Of a stretch of DNA of 64,000 nucleotides, positions 1-8,969 are shown piece by piece. Below the pieces are notes generated by a model, which worked only from the letters and a program-made list of their open reading frames with translations, did not search any database and was not told the DNA's origin. This DNA comes from Salinispira sp. (lineage in GTDB: Bacteria; Spirochaetota; Spirochaetia; DSM-27196; Salinispiraceae): assembly GCA_965602015.1 (NCBI GenBank), contig OZ271918.1:1728001-1792000 (forward strand), given 5' to 3'. The first letter of the stretch is position 1, and the number at the start of each line of letters is the position of its first letter. The translations under genes were made by a program, and so were the position numbers.

Positions 1-495
1 CGGAATTCCATATTCATTGAATTTGTATAGATGCGGATATAGAGAATAACCAGCATCCGCCATTTCTTGAAGGATTTTGGAAAAAGCTTTTCCATCATTT
101 GAATTTCGGAGGCCACCAACATTTTCGGCTAAAAACCATTTAGGAGAAAATTCCTTTAGCGCTTTTACCCCATATGAATACAGGGGACCAAAAACACCAT
201 CTATTCCTTTTTGCTCTCCAACTACACTAAAATCATTACAAGGGAAACCAAAAGCTAAGGCATCGATTTCAGATAAATCACGAAGGATGGTATAATCTAA
301 TTTTCGTATATCTTTACAAACAACCGTATTTTTATCAGAAGCAACATTTTCTGCATAAGTAGAACATGTATCCTTGTCATAATCGCTTGCCCATGCATGC
401 TCTATATAATAATTTGGATCATTAACCAATGCTGTTTTTGCCGCATAACCAATACCACCTGGTCCGCAGAACAGTTCACCAAGACGAAATTTCAT
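1..495 (-). CDS. DNA (cytosine-5) methyltransferase, N-terminal part, runs off window; integron cassette 12
   Basis: Manual translation from ATG 495: MKFRLGELFCGPGG (motif I), AFGFPCNDFS (motif IV), AENVGGL (motif VI), YGIP; not in ORF track. Confidence 0.9.
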   Translation of the reverse strand, partial: MKFRLGELFCGPGGIGYAAKTALVNDPNYYIEHAWASDYDKDTCSTYAENVASDKNTVVCKDIRKLDYTILRDLSEIDALAFGFPCNDFSVVGEQKGIDGVFGPLYSYGVKALKEFSPKWFLAENVGGLRNSNDGKAFSKILQEMADAGYSLYPHLYKFNEYGIP

Positions 496-585
496 AGCGC
501 CCCCCCCCGATGGAAATTATTTTAGCACAATATTTAGTTGCGCTCCACTCAACAATTGTTAAGTTTTAGATTTTTTTATACATGT

Positions 586-685
586 ACATAACAACCACTT
601 AACCTGTGAGCCGTACATTGGCGCGTGTTTTTGCGAATGCAAAAACCGTGACAATAGGCGAATCAGGTTGAAGTGCCTGTTATAT
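586..685 (-). repeat. attC site
   Basis: Minus strand ATATAAC-AGGCACTTCAACCTGA...TCACAGGTTAAGTGGTT-GTTATGT, imperfect hairpin with R''/L''/L'/R' layout. Confidence 0.92.
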
Positions 686-1084
686 GGCCAAATCTCTCAA
701 CAACCAAGATCAGTTCCCTACACCTTGTTTCCAACCTTCGACCCGCTTTCAATTATGATCCACTAAACTACGCAGATTTTCAATAATCTCACCGAAGTAG
801 CTGCAGGAGTGAGGGAAAATCAGATTAACCCCCGGTCTACTTCTCGAATCCCCTAACCCAAACGAGAATCCAATTTCAAAACTTTTCAGGATTCGATTTC
901 CACCCCGATGTTACTTGCCGAGGGAATCATTCACATAATTCCAATTTTCATAGTATGCCCAAGCAAAACCACCAAAATTTTTTAATAAGATTCGAGTAAT
1001 AAAATGAGGAGCGAATGATCTTTAAAGCCCGAAGAAACCCGGAATTCAAGAAATTATGAGAACATGAAACTTCGTCCATATAAC
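679..1084 (-). other. Gene-less integron cassette A' (cassette 11)
   Basis: Ends GTTATATGG/CCATATAAC are complementary; no ORF >=60 aa; near copy of 14163-14570. Confidence 0.8.
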
Positions 1085-1238
1085 GAGGCTGTAGAAAAAG
1101 TCCCTGCAGCCATCAATAATTCTACCCGGACAGGCCTTTATAGGCAAAGCATAAAATGGCCTTCGTTTAATAAAGCGACTACGCCACCCTGTGTTTCCGG
1201 ATTGCACTGGGAATCTCCAGTATGCCTCTCTTTCTTTT

Positions 1239-2018
1239 CTACTGCCAGCACATCTTCAGCTTTTCTATATTGTGCACCATACAAAACAACCGCCACTGGG
1301 TATTTACTTTTGTCTTCCCTCGCACCGTGAATCTGTTCAGCCCCTTGGTTCCGCATAAATCACCGAACACCGGTTCAACCGCCCCCATTCGCCGGGAGTA
1401 AATGCTTCGTGCCTCTGAGGTATCAAATCTGTCCTGACTAATCTTTAGGTAATCGATGGTCTGTGGCGTTTGTGTCCGCTTAAAAAACGTCACCTGCCTG
1501 AATGGACTTGCAGGTTTTCGAATACACTTGCTACGCAACTCACAATTGCTGCACTGTTCTTTGCTTGCCCTGTACCGATCCCCGACGAGCTTTCCGTCGG
1601 CGGATTTGAAATTCTTCATGTTTAGCCGCAATATATGCCCGGCCGGACAGGTAGCTATTTTCTTTTTCCGGTCGTAGTGAAAATCTGAGGGCTGGAAGTA
1701 GCGTTTGGTATGTACCGCCCTCCAGTTATCAGTTTTCTTTTTATGAACTTCATTGCCAGTGAAGCGGATATCACGCTTGCGAAACTGATTATCCGGGATA
1801 TATGCTTCAATCCCATGTTCAATGAGATACTTCATATTCACAGCGTTATGAAACCCAGAGTCTGCTGTGATCACGGTTTTCCCGTAAATGTCAGATGAGA
1901 TCCCGGTACTGCGGCATTGTTTCTTAATACCAGTCAAGATTTCCGGCAAATGACCGGATTCATTGATATCACCATAGGCTTCGGCCCATACAATGACCTG
2001 ATGTTTATCATCAACTGC
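1239..2018 (-). pseudogene. IS1182 transposase, C-terminal fragment
   Basis: ADSGF, CPAGH, C-x2-C-x4-C, YSRRMGAVEPVFG, HNIEKL motifs; joins in frame to 4945-5707 (YNGIAAVDDKHQV). Confidence 0.9.
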
Positions 2019-2218
2019 TGTAGCCTCTCAAATTAAATTGATCAAACCAGCATAGAAAATCTCACAAACAGTTAAACAATCTCTCATTCCACTTAGACCG
2101 GAAATTTTATCTGCCGACAAAAAAAGAGCAATGGTGTTGAAGTTTGCCGACTCCCCATTGCTCTTAAAACCTCACCCCCAAAGGGGGCAAATAAACGTTA
2201 CTTATTTGTCGGATAGTT

Positions 2219-2716
2219 TTGGAAAAACTTCAAGCGCTTGGGAAACAGTTCCACTGGAAAAAACCTGAATGTTGTCCCGAGTGTGGAAGCATACGGCTAT
2301 GGGGGCACGGCTTCGTTCTTCGGCAGTTTGTCGGGTTTGCCCAAGGACTGTGGATGAAGCGGTATCGATGTCCGGACTGCCATGGGGTTCATACCTGTAG
2401 GCCACAGCAGTTCTTGCCGGGGATGCAATATCCTGTTCAAACTCAAATCTCCAGCCTGGAAGCAAAGCTTGCAGGAAAGCCGTTCCTTCAAACTGTGTCG
2501 AGGCAGATCCAGCAGCATTGGTGGAAGACATTTCTCAACCACTGCCGCCGTAGCGGCAACTGGACTGCCCCACATTCGGTTTTCCTCCGCAGGCAGAGCG
2601 ATGATCAAATACCAGTAACAACCAGGCGAATATACCGTGAGATCTGGTCAGAAGCCTGCGTACCCTACCTGCCTTTTGCGCTGACAGTGAAACCGCGTCC
2701 ATTTAGCCTTGAGTGA
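2219..2716 (+). CDS. Zn-ribbon accessory protein of transposable element (DUF6431-like)
   Basis: CPEC...HG...RYRCPDC; first gene of the element; start may be upstream (ACG 2195). Confidence 0.7.
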   Translation: MEKLQALGKQFHWKKPECCPECGSIRLWGHGFVLRQFVGFAQGLWMKRYRCPDCHGVHTCRPQQFLPGMQYPVQTQISSLEAKLAGKPFLQTVSRQIQQHWWKTFLNHCRRSGNWTAPHSVFLRRQSDDQIPVTTRRIYREIWSEACVPYLPFALTVKPRPFSLE

Positions 2717-2745
2717 GAAAACGTATCACTCTCAAGGAGGAGAAA

Positions 2746-4029
2746 ATGGACAGAGAAAAGAAAGAAAAGATCGCAGTATTCCGCTTCGGGGTCATCTTTC
2801 CGCTTGTGGAGAAAGACCTACACCAGTATTGGGGAGAGAAAGAGCGAATCCTGCGGGAGCTGGTCAGCAAGGAATGGGAGATTCCCTTTTCAAACCGAAA
2901 CTACATCAGCAAGGCCACCATCCTGACCTGGGTAAAGCGCTACGAAGATGGCGGGCGGAAGATTGAAGCCTTGTTTCCTGAGAATCGCGGCGACAAGGGC
3001 CGGATGAGAAGCATTTCCGATGAACAAATCGATGCGCTCATGCTGCTTCGAAAAGAGCATCCAAAACTCTCCACCCCGCGTCTGGTTGAAATTGCTCAAG
3101 GAAACGGCGTCTTTCCGTCCGGAAAAGAGGTCTCCATGGCCAGCATTTACCGGCTCATGAAGATCCGCAAAGCCCAACGGGTCAAAGTCGAGTCTGACAT
3201 GAGGAAGTTCGAGGTACAATTGCCCAACGACCTGTGGCAGTCAGACTGCATGCACGGTCCGAAAGTTCTGCATGGCGGGAAACTGAGAAAGACCTATCTG
3301 TTTGCAATCATTGACGACCATTCAAGGCTCATTACCCATGGCCAGTTCTACCTGGCTGAAACACTGGAAAATTACCTGGACTGCTTATGGACGGCGTTAC
3401 GCAAGCGGGGAGTTCCCCGAAAGCTCTATGTCGATAACGGGGCATCATTTAAGGCGCACAGGCTCCAGTTGGGATGTGCTTCGCTGGAAATCGGGCTGCG
3501 CTATGCACGGCCGTACCGACCCCAGGGAAAGGGCAAGATTGAACGGTTCTTTCGTACCGTACGTAGCCAGTTTATCCCCGAGCTGCCTGATGAACTTCCT
3601 CTGGATGAGATCAACCGGCTGTTTCACCACTACATTGAAAACGGTTATCACCAGAGGATCCATGGCGGTACGGGGCAGAAGCCCCTGGAGCGTTACCTGC
3701 AGGATGCCCATGCCTTGCGAAAAGCGCCGGAGAACTTGCCTGAATACTTTCGAAAACGCGAGGAGCGAACGGTAAACAACGACCGGACGGTGAAACTCGA
3801 TGGCCGTTTGTATGAAGCCCCTGCGGGATTGGTTGGCATGAAAGTCGTCCTGCGTTTTGAGAATTACGACCGGATTGAAGTCTTTCTCGAGAATCAGTCA
3901 AAGGGATTCTTAAGGGATCTGGATCAGGGAGTGAACAGCCGCATTAAGCGGGACGGCACGGGTCCGGTCATGCCGTCGGCTTCGGGGGGAGCTCTTTTTG
4001 AAAAGCTGGGCTCAAAGGCAGGTAGCTAA
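2746..4029 (+). CDS. DDE integrase/transposase (rve core, Mu/IS481-like)
   Basis: WQSD, IIDDHSR, YVDNG, GKGKIERFF; RBS AAGGAGGAG before ATG 2746. Confidence 0.92.
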   Translation: MDREKKEKIAVFRFGVIFPLVEKDLHQYWGEKERILRELVSKEWEIPFSNRNYISKATILTWVKRYEDGGRKIEALFPENRGDKGRMRSISDEQIDALMLLRKEHPKLSTPRLVEIAQGNGVFPSGKEVSMASIYRLMKIRKAQRVKVESDMRKFEVQLPNDLWQSDCMHGPKVLHGGKLRKTYLFAIIDDHSRLITHGQFYLAETLENYLDCLWTALRKRGVPRKLYVDNGASFKAHRLQLGCASLEIGLRYARPYRPQGKGKIERFFRTVRSQFIPELPDELPLDEINRLFHHYIENGYHQRIHGGTGQKPLERYLQDAHALRKAPENLPEYFRKREERTVNNDRTVKLDGRLYEAPAGLVGMKVVLRFENYDRIEVFLENQSKGFLRDLDQGVNSRIKRDGTGPVMPSASGGALFEKLGSKAGS

Positions 4030-4835
4030 TGGATACGCTGCGCCACCACTTTGGATTCCGGCACAACCCGTTCCCGCAGAATGTAGCGGTAAAGGACCTG
4101 TACCCCTTACCGGCATTGGAACCCCTGCGGCAGCGGGTGTTCTTTGCCCTGGAGCAGAAAGCCATTGCCGTCATCACCGGAGATGTGGGGTCGGGAAAGT
4201 CTACGTCATTGCGCTATGTCTCAAGCAAATGCCATTCGAGTGAGTATGAACTGATTACCATTGTCGGCGGGAACTTCTCACCCATGGAACTGTACCGGCA
4301 GATCCTGCTCACTTTCGGCATGAGCTATATGTCGTTCCAGGTATCGATCATGATCTCGAAGATCCGGGAGCTTATTCTGGAAATTGCATCCCGCAATGTC
4401 ATCCCGGTGCTGGTAATCGATGAGGCTCATCTGCTGAAACGGTCAGTGTTTACCCAGCTGCATACCCTTGCTCAGTTTGAATTCGATTCCAAACCGGTCA
4501 TGCCGATGATTCTCTGCGGTCAGGATTTCCTGCTCGATCATCTGATGGCTAACTCAGTTCGGCCTCTGGCGTCCCGGGTGCTGGGCAAGAATCATCTGGA
4601 GTCTATTAAGAAGGAGGTGATGGAAGATTACCTGAATCATCACATCACCCTGGCCGGGGGAACAAAGAAAGCATTCAGTGATGAGGCGATCTTTGCCATT
4701 CATCAGGGATCCGGTGGTCTCTTGCGGAAAGCCAACTCCCTGGCGAAAACGGCTCTCCTTGCCTGCGCCGGAGATGGTGGACAGACTGTTTCTGCAGAAC
4801 ACGTCCGGGTCGCTTCCACCGAGATTTTTATGTAA
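4029..4835 (+). CDS. ExeA-family AAA+ ATPase (transposition helper)
   Basis: Walker A GDVGSGKS, Walker B VIDEAH; start overlaps the transposase stop. Confidence 0.9.
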   Translation: MDTLRHHFGFRHNPFPQNVAVKDLYPLPALEPLRQRVFFALEQKAIAVITGDVGSGKSTSLRYVSSKCHSSEYELITIVGGNFSPMELYRQILLTFGMSYMSFQVSIMISKIRELILEIASRNVIPVLVIDEAHLLKRSVFTQLHTLAQFEFDSKPVMPMILCGQDFLLDHLMANSVRPLASRVLGKNHLESIKKEVMEDYLNHHITLAGGTKKAFSDEAIFAIHQGSGGLLRKANSLAKTALLACAGDGGQTVSAEHVRVASTEIFM

Positions 4836-4841
4836 ATGCTG

Positions 4842-4865
4842 CCCCTGCCGCGAATGCGGCAGGGG
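4842..4865 (+). terminator. GC-rich hairpin after the ATPase gene
   Basis: CCCCTGCCGC-GAAT-GCGGCAGGGG; no clean U-tract. Confidence 0.5.
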
Positions 4866-4944
4866 GTACCCTTCGTCAGTTTTACTTGTAAAATTGTTTG
4901 TCTGTACGTGCGAGGGTTAGGCTAATTTAATGTGCGAAGCTACA

Positions 4945-5707
4945 CTGCAGCAATTCCATTGTAGCCTTGAATGACACCATGGGAACTGACCATTTTTGCA
5001 CTCTCATTGTCGGTGAGATTACTCTTCACCGGTTTGCCTGAGGCACCAAGCCTGTCATCATTATCATCCAGCCAGCGGTTGATTTTATCTGCCTTGGTTT
5101 CCAGCTTTTTGATTGCTGCAATTTCCTGAACTTGATTCTCAGCAGGTGATTTCTGACCATCCTCATTTTGATGCTTTTCAACCAGGTAGGCGATGGACTT
5201 TCTGATACTCCTGACTTTCTTCAGAAGCTCCGCCTTGGTCCCGCTCCATTCCTTGGAACAGTTTGATGAAATCTTGCAGCCATCTATGGCAAACATTTCC
5301 TTGCCAATCAGGTTCTCTGAATAACAGATGGCAAGCACCTTGGTGAACAAATCGACACATTCACTATCCATAGTTGCAATAAAATCGGCGATGGTGGTGT
5401 GATGCGGATGTGTATCGGCGGACAGAGCCATACAGATAATATTCTCATCACAAAACCGGGCAATCTTGCGACTGCTGGTTATCCCCCGTGAATAGGCAAA
5501 GAGAATAATCTTCAAAAGCACCGCCGGGTTATAGGCCGGGGCACCGGTAATATCATTCTGGCACCGCGACTCGAAAATAGAAAGATCAAGTTTTTTGCTG
5601 AAGAGGATGTGGAGTGTATGCTCAAATGTTCCAGGCAGAATTTGTTTTGACAGATTGACCGGCAGCATTAACTGCTGATCGTAGGAATAGTCTTTGTATC
5701 GAGGCAT
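4945..5707 (-). pseudogene. IS1182 transposase, N-terminal fragment
   Basis: GAPAYNP..LLKIILFAY..GITSSRKI, AIDGCKI, NLTDNESA; RBS GGGAGG before ATG 5707. Confidence 0.9.
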
Positions 5708-5790
5708 GCCGTCCCTCCCATAGGCTGGCTGATACATGAATTTTACCATGGAACTACATTTACTAGAAGCGGGACTTTTTCTACAGCCTC

Positions 5791-5903
5791 AACAACCACT
5801 TAACCTGTGAGCCGTACATTGGCGTGGAGTTTGCCCTGCCCTTCAGGGCAGGAACAGCAAAATCCATGACAATAGGCGAATCAGGTTGAAGTGCTTGTTA
5901 AAT
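5791..5903 (-). repeat. attC site (R' end abuts the IS1182)
   Basis: AACAACCACTTAACCTGTGAG...AATCAGGTTGAAGTGCTTGTTAAAT on + strand. Confidence 0.92.
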
Positions 5904-5910
5904 GCCCATT

Positions 5911-6339
5911 TCATTTCCCAATTATATTTTCAATCTCTTCAAGAAATTGATTTGTTAAGGATGGAATCTTCTTAATAATCGATTCGATCGAATCTTTTTT
6001 GAGTTCAAACGCATATGCATGCCTGACAAAATGACGGAAGCTGAGAAAAGATTTAAGTTCGTCAAAGATCTTATCAGATATGATCTGATTGTCTTTAGAT
6101 GATTTCAATAAGTTCAGATGCCAAGAATCGTCTTTGGCAATCAGAATCTGTTTGGATTCCAATACAAATCGAAGAATTTTCTCTATTCCGTTATAGATTG
6201 CAGTTGTTGTAAGAGCCAATCCGCGAATTTCAATTTCATCTAGTTCTTTATTTTCTATTTTCTTTGCATACAACTCGATAAATGACTTTTCTTCATCGAT
6301 ATTCTGAATTTCAATCTGTATTTTTTGGATAGGATCCAT
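5911..6339 (-). CDS. HEPN-domain RNase toxin (HepT-like)
   Basis: RX4H motif RHFVRH; directly downstream of MNT. Confidence 0.85.
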   Translation of the reverse strand: MDPIQKIQIEIQNIDEEKSFIELYAKKIENKELDEIEIRGLALTTTAIYNGIEKILRFVLESKQILIAKDDSWHLNLLKSSKDNQIISDKIFDELKSFLSFRHFVRHAYAFELKKDSIESIIKKIPSLTNQFLEEIENIIGK

Positions 6340-6636
6340 CTATGCCACCCGGAGAATTTCATCGGATTGTAGCAATATTCTGCCGAATTTTTCCTGAAGT
6401 TGCAGATCGACAAGATCGATTTGATGTTCGAGCAAGAACATCAATTCTCCATAAACTTCAAAAATTTTTTCAGCGGGTATTCCCTTCACGGCTATATCGA
6501 GATCTGATTTTTCGTTTGCTTTTCCAGTTACGGCAGATCCAAAAATATAAATTTCTGAGCAACCGATGTCTTTTAAATAGGAAATTGCTTTTTCAACATC
6601 AGTTGCATATCTGGAATCCAATTTTAATTCGGTCAT
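6340..6636 (-). CDS. Minimal nucleotidyltransferase antitoxin (MntA-like)
   Basis: FGS...SDLDIAV...IDLV motif. Confidence 0.88.
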   Translation of the reverse strand: MTELKLDSRYATDVEKAISYLKDIGCSEIYIFGSAVTGKANEKSDLDIAVKGIPAEKIFEVYGELMFLLEHQIDLVDLQLQEKFGRILLQSDEILRVA

Positions 6637-6644
6637 ATAATGAT

Positions 6645-6673
6645 ATTATATATTGTAGAGATTCAGTACTCAA
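6645..6673 (-). promoter_or_regulatory. Sigma70-type promoter of MNT-HEPN cassette
   Basis: TTGAGT-17-TATAAT, 8 nt before ATG. Confidence 0.7.
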
Positions 6674-6734
6674 CGAGTTTTTCTGTTACTCATTCCAGGA
6701 ACATGAAAAAGACGGTTATTTTCTTTTTTGGTGC

Positions 6735-6834
6735 ATTTAACAACCACTTAACCTGTGAGCCGTACATTGGCGCGCGTTCTTGCGGATGCAAGAACCGTGA
6801 CAATAGGCGAATCAGGTTGAAGTGCTTGTTATGT
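6735..6834 (-). repeat. attC site
   Basis: Same conserved arms; terminal stem GTTCTTGC-GGAT-GCAAGAAC. Confidence 0.92.
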
Positions 6835-6862
6835 GGCTCATTCCTAAACCCCACCGCTCGAA

Positions 6863-7444
6863 TTATCCTTCATAAATAAATTCAAGATCACAGCCCATTT
6901 TATTTTCAAAGTAATCTCGCAATTTCAATTTATAGTTTATCGCAGAAATGAATGCCTTATTTGGATTTGTCACACGTGAGAGTACGTCCTCAATTCGATC
7001 CTCCACTCGGCATAGTCGATCAGGCAGCCCAAGAAAATCACAAAGTTGTATTAGACGATCATAATCATCATACTCGGTATTCTTCAGGAATTTTAAGATG
7101 AAAACTCGTTCAGGACTGGTATAGTCATCCATATTTTCATAGATCGCCATATTTTTATGTGTATAGGAATGTGTGATACAAATTCGAGCATGCACATGAT
7201 AGCCAAGACCTGCTAAAAATTTAAAGCCATCATATGAGTGTCTTACTTTAAAGATTCCAAACCGACGCCCAATGTCGTGAAGTAGTCCTATCTGATATGC
7301 AAAATCGGAATCCATGGATAATTTATGGGCGATTCTAAACGCGGCAAGTGCGACATTCTTTGAGTGCCCAATCCATAACCCTGGATTTAGGGTGCTGGCA
7401 TCTTCAAGAAGTTGTTCTGCTACAGAATTATCTAGTTTTTTCAT
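6863..7444 (-). CDS. HD-domain phosphohydrolase
   Basis: HS...LLHDIGRR...H...THSY...LCD. Confidence 0.85.
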   Translation of the reverse strand: MKKLDNSVAEQLLEDASTLNPGLWIGHSKNVALAAFRIAHKLSMDSDFAYQIGLLHDIGRRFGIFKVRHSYDGFKFLAGLGYHVHARICITHSYTHKNMAIYENMDDYTSPERVFILKFLKNTEYDDYDRLIQLCDFLGLPDRLCRVEDRIEDVLSRVTNPNKAFISAINYKLKLRDYFENKMGCDLEFIYEG

Positions 7445-7560
7445 TTATGTAAAAAATTAGCATTGCCATAGTTCCTTATTTAGTATCGATGCCTATCAAA
7501 CTTCACAAAGTTTGGTGAAATTGAAGTAAATCGTCCCTTAAATATCTACCTATATGTTAT

Positions 7561-8142
7561 CTATTTTTTCTGCATCTTCAGAAAAAACAGTGAAGAATCA
7601 TCAGTAAGGTGAACAGAAATTACAAATCCTATCTCTCTGGCCATTCGAATAAGCTGGGTATCGGATATCTCAAAATCATATTGGTAGGGAATACCATAGC
7701 CAGTTGAAATCATTTGCTTGTTTGGCAGTTCAATTTCTAAGTTGACAATAACTGCATCATACTTCAAGTTTTCTTCTGCTATCATTATATTTGAATTCCA
7801 AATCAGTAGCTCTCCACTCTGCTTTAGAACACGAAATATTTCCTTGAGCGCAGACATTTTTTTCTCTGCCGGCAAATACATAAAAGTAAAAAATGAAGTA
7901 GCAACATTGATAGTTTCAGCAAGAAATTTCATGTCAGTTGCGTCCATGACTATTTTAATTCCATCCGAACCTGACTCTTCAAGTTCACTCCGACGATTGT
8001 CCATTGAAATGACACTGTTTTGAGTAAATGCTCTTGAAATGATTGCTTCTCCGCCACCTCCGATATCCAAGATCACATCTCTCTTATCGATTAGCTGAGG
8101 AGCAAGTTTTATGCGTTGTACATCGAGATTTAAAAAGTTCAT
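7561..8142 (-). CDS. Class I SAM-dependent methyltransferase
   Basis: ILDIGGGG, MDATDMKF, EIFRVLK; start moved to the ATG inside the cassette. Confidence 0.85.
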   Translation of the reverse strand: MNFLNLDVQRIKLAPQLIDKRDVILDIGGGGEAIISRAFTQNSVISMDNRRSELEESGSDGIKIVMDATDMKFLAETINVATSFFTFMYLPAEKKMSALKEIFRVLKQSGELLIWNSNIMIAEENLKYDAVIVNLEIELPNKQMISTGYGIPYQYDFEISDTQLIRMAREIGFVISVHLTDDSSLFFLKMQKK

Positions 8143-8160
8143 TGTTCCTAAATTATGTCC

Positions 8161-8315
8161 ACATAACAACCACTTGAGCCGCGAGCCGTAATTGGCGCGT
8201 GTTCTTGCGCCGTACCTCCCTGCAGGCTTCTTCTTTTGATTGTACCCGTAGTTCCCCTCACCGCTCAAGCAAGAACCGTGACAATAGGCGAGTCGGCTCA
8301 AAGTGCTTGTTATAT
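8161..8315 (-). repeat. attC site with enlarged central loop (155 bp)
   Basis: Arms CACTTGAGCCG.../...CGGCTCAAAGTG with compensatory changes; about 60-nt insert in the terminal loop. Confidence 0.88.
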
Positions 8316-8856
8316 TGCGCACATCTTTAGGCAATCTTTTTGGTTTTTGGCTTTCAGGATATAGCAGTTTTTCGATATGATCGCAGTCAGTGAATACAAG
8401 CAGATAGGTTTAGTATCCCACGAGCCAAATACCAAAGCGCGGATGAATTTGCCGGATGCGGCAATCTGCTATGCTTTGATTTCGGTTTTTCATATCATTT
8501 CAATTTGCGCAGGGTACAAAATAGCACCTGGCTTTCAAATCGATGTTCGATCTGAATCAGAAAAAATAGATCACTGGCAAGAGATGCGAGGACAATGACC
8601 GAAAATCACTGATTACTTTGTAATAAAGCCACGCGGCAATTTCGAGCCTTTCAGAGACCATAGATTGGTGCACTATTTGCCGATCGGATCACACAGTTCA
8701 GTGCGCCAAAAATGACTTGAGCTGTGAACCTCGGCAGAATACGAATCAGGCGTTATAGCCGTTGACTCAGCAGTCACAGAATTCCAGAACCAAAATAAAT
8801 GAAGCGGCTAAATTCGACTGCAACTTCGGTTTATGCATTTCCTGAGTCAATATAAC
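8309..8856 (-). other. Gene-less integron cassette B (cassette 8)
   Basis: Ends GTTATATTG/CAATATAAC complementary; no ORF >=60 aa on the cassette strand. Confidence 0.75.
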
Positions 8857-8960
8857 AACCGCTTGAGCGGCACGCCGTCAATTGGCGTGAAAAATGCCGA
8901 GCGCAGCGACAAGCATTTTTCATGACAATAGGCGTGTCCGTCTCAAAGCGCTTGTTATGT
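8850..8960 (-). repeat. attC site
   Basis: ATATAACAACCGCTTGAGCGG...CCGTCTCAAAGCGCTTGTTATGT on + strand. Confidence 0.9.
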
Positions 8961-8969
8961 CGCCCCTTT

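Larger units (their letters stand above)
2019..4944 (+). mobile_element. Nested three-gene transposable element (Zn-ribbon ORF + DDE transposase + ExeA/TnsC-like ATPase)
   Basis: TG...CA ends, 21-bp IRs with 18/21 matches (2019-2039, 4924-4944), 4-bp target duplication CTGC. Confidence 0.88.
1085..5790 (-). mobile_element. IS1182-family insertion sequence (about 1776 bp once the nested element is removed)
   Basis: Perfect 20-bp terminal IRs GAGGCTGTAGAAAAAGTCCC (1085-1104, 5771-5790); AAC duplicated at 1082-1084 and 5791-5793. Confidence 0.92.

Noticed and set aside
7550..7563. AGATAAC after the methyltransferase stop as a relic attC end
   Set aside because: Only a 7-mer in AT-rich DNA, no other attC arm sequence nearby
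8143..8334. N-terminal extension of the 257-aa methyltransferase ORF
   Set aside because: It is the attC read in frame; an RBS-led ATG at 8142 lies inside the cassette
8377..8598. 73-aa antisense ORF in gene-less cassette B
   Set aside because: No RBS or motif, covers under half of the cassette; cannot be fully excluded
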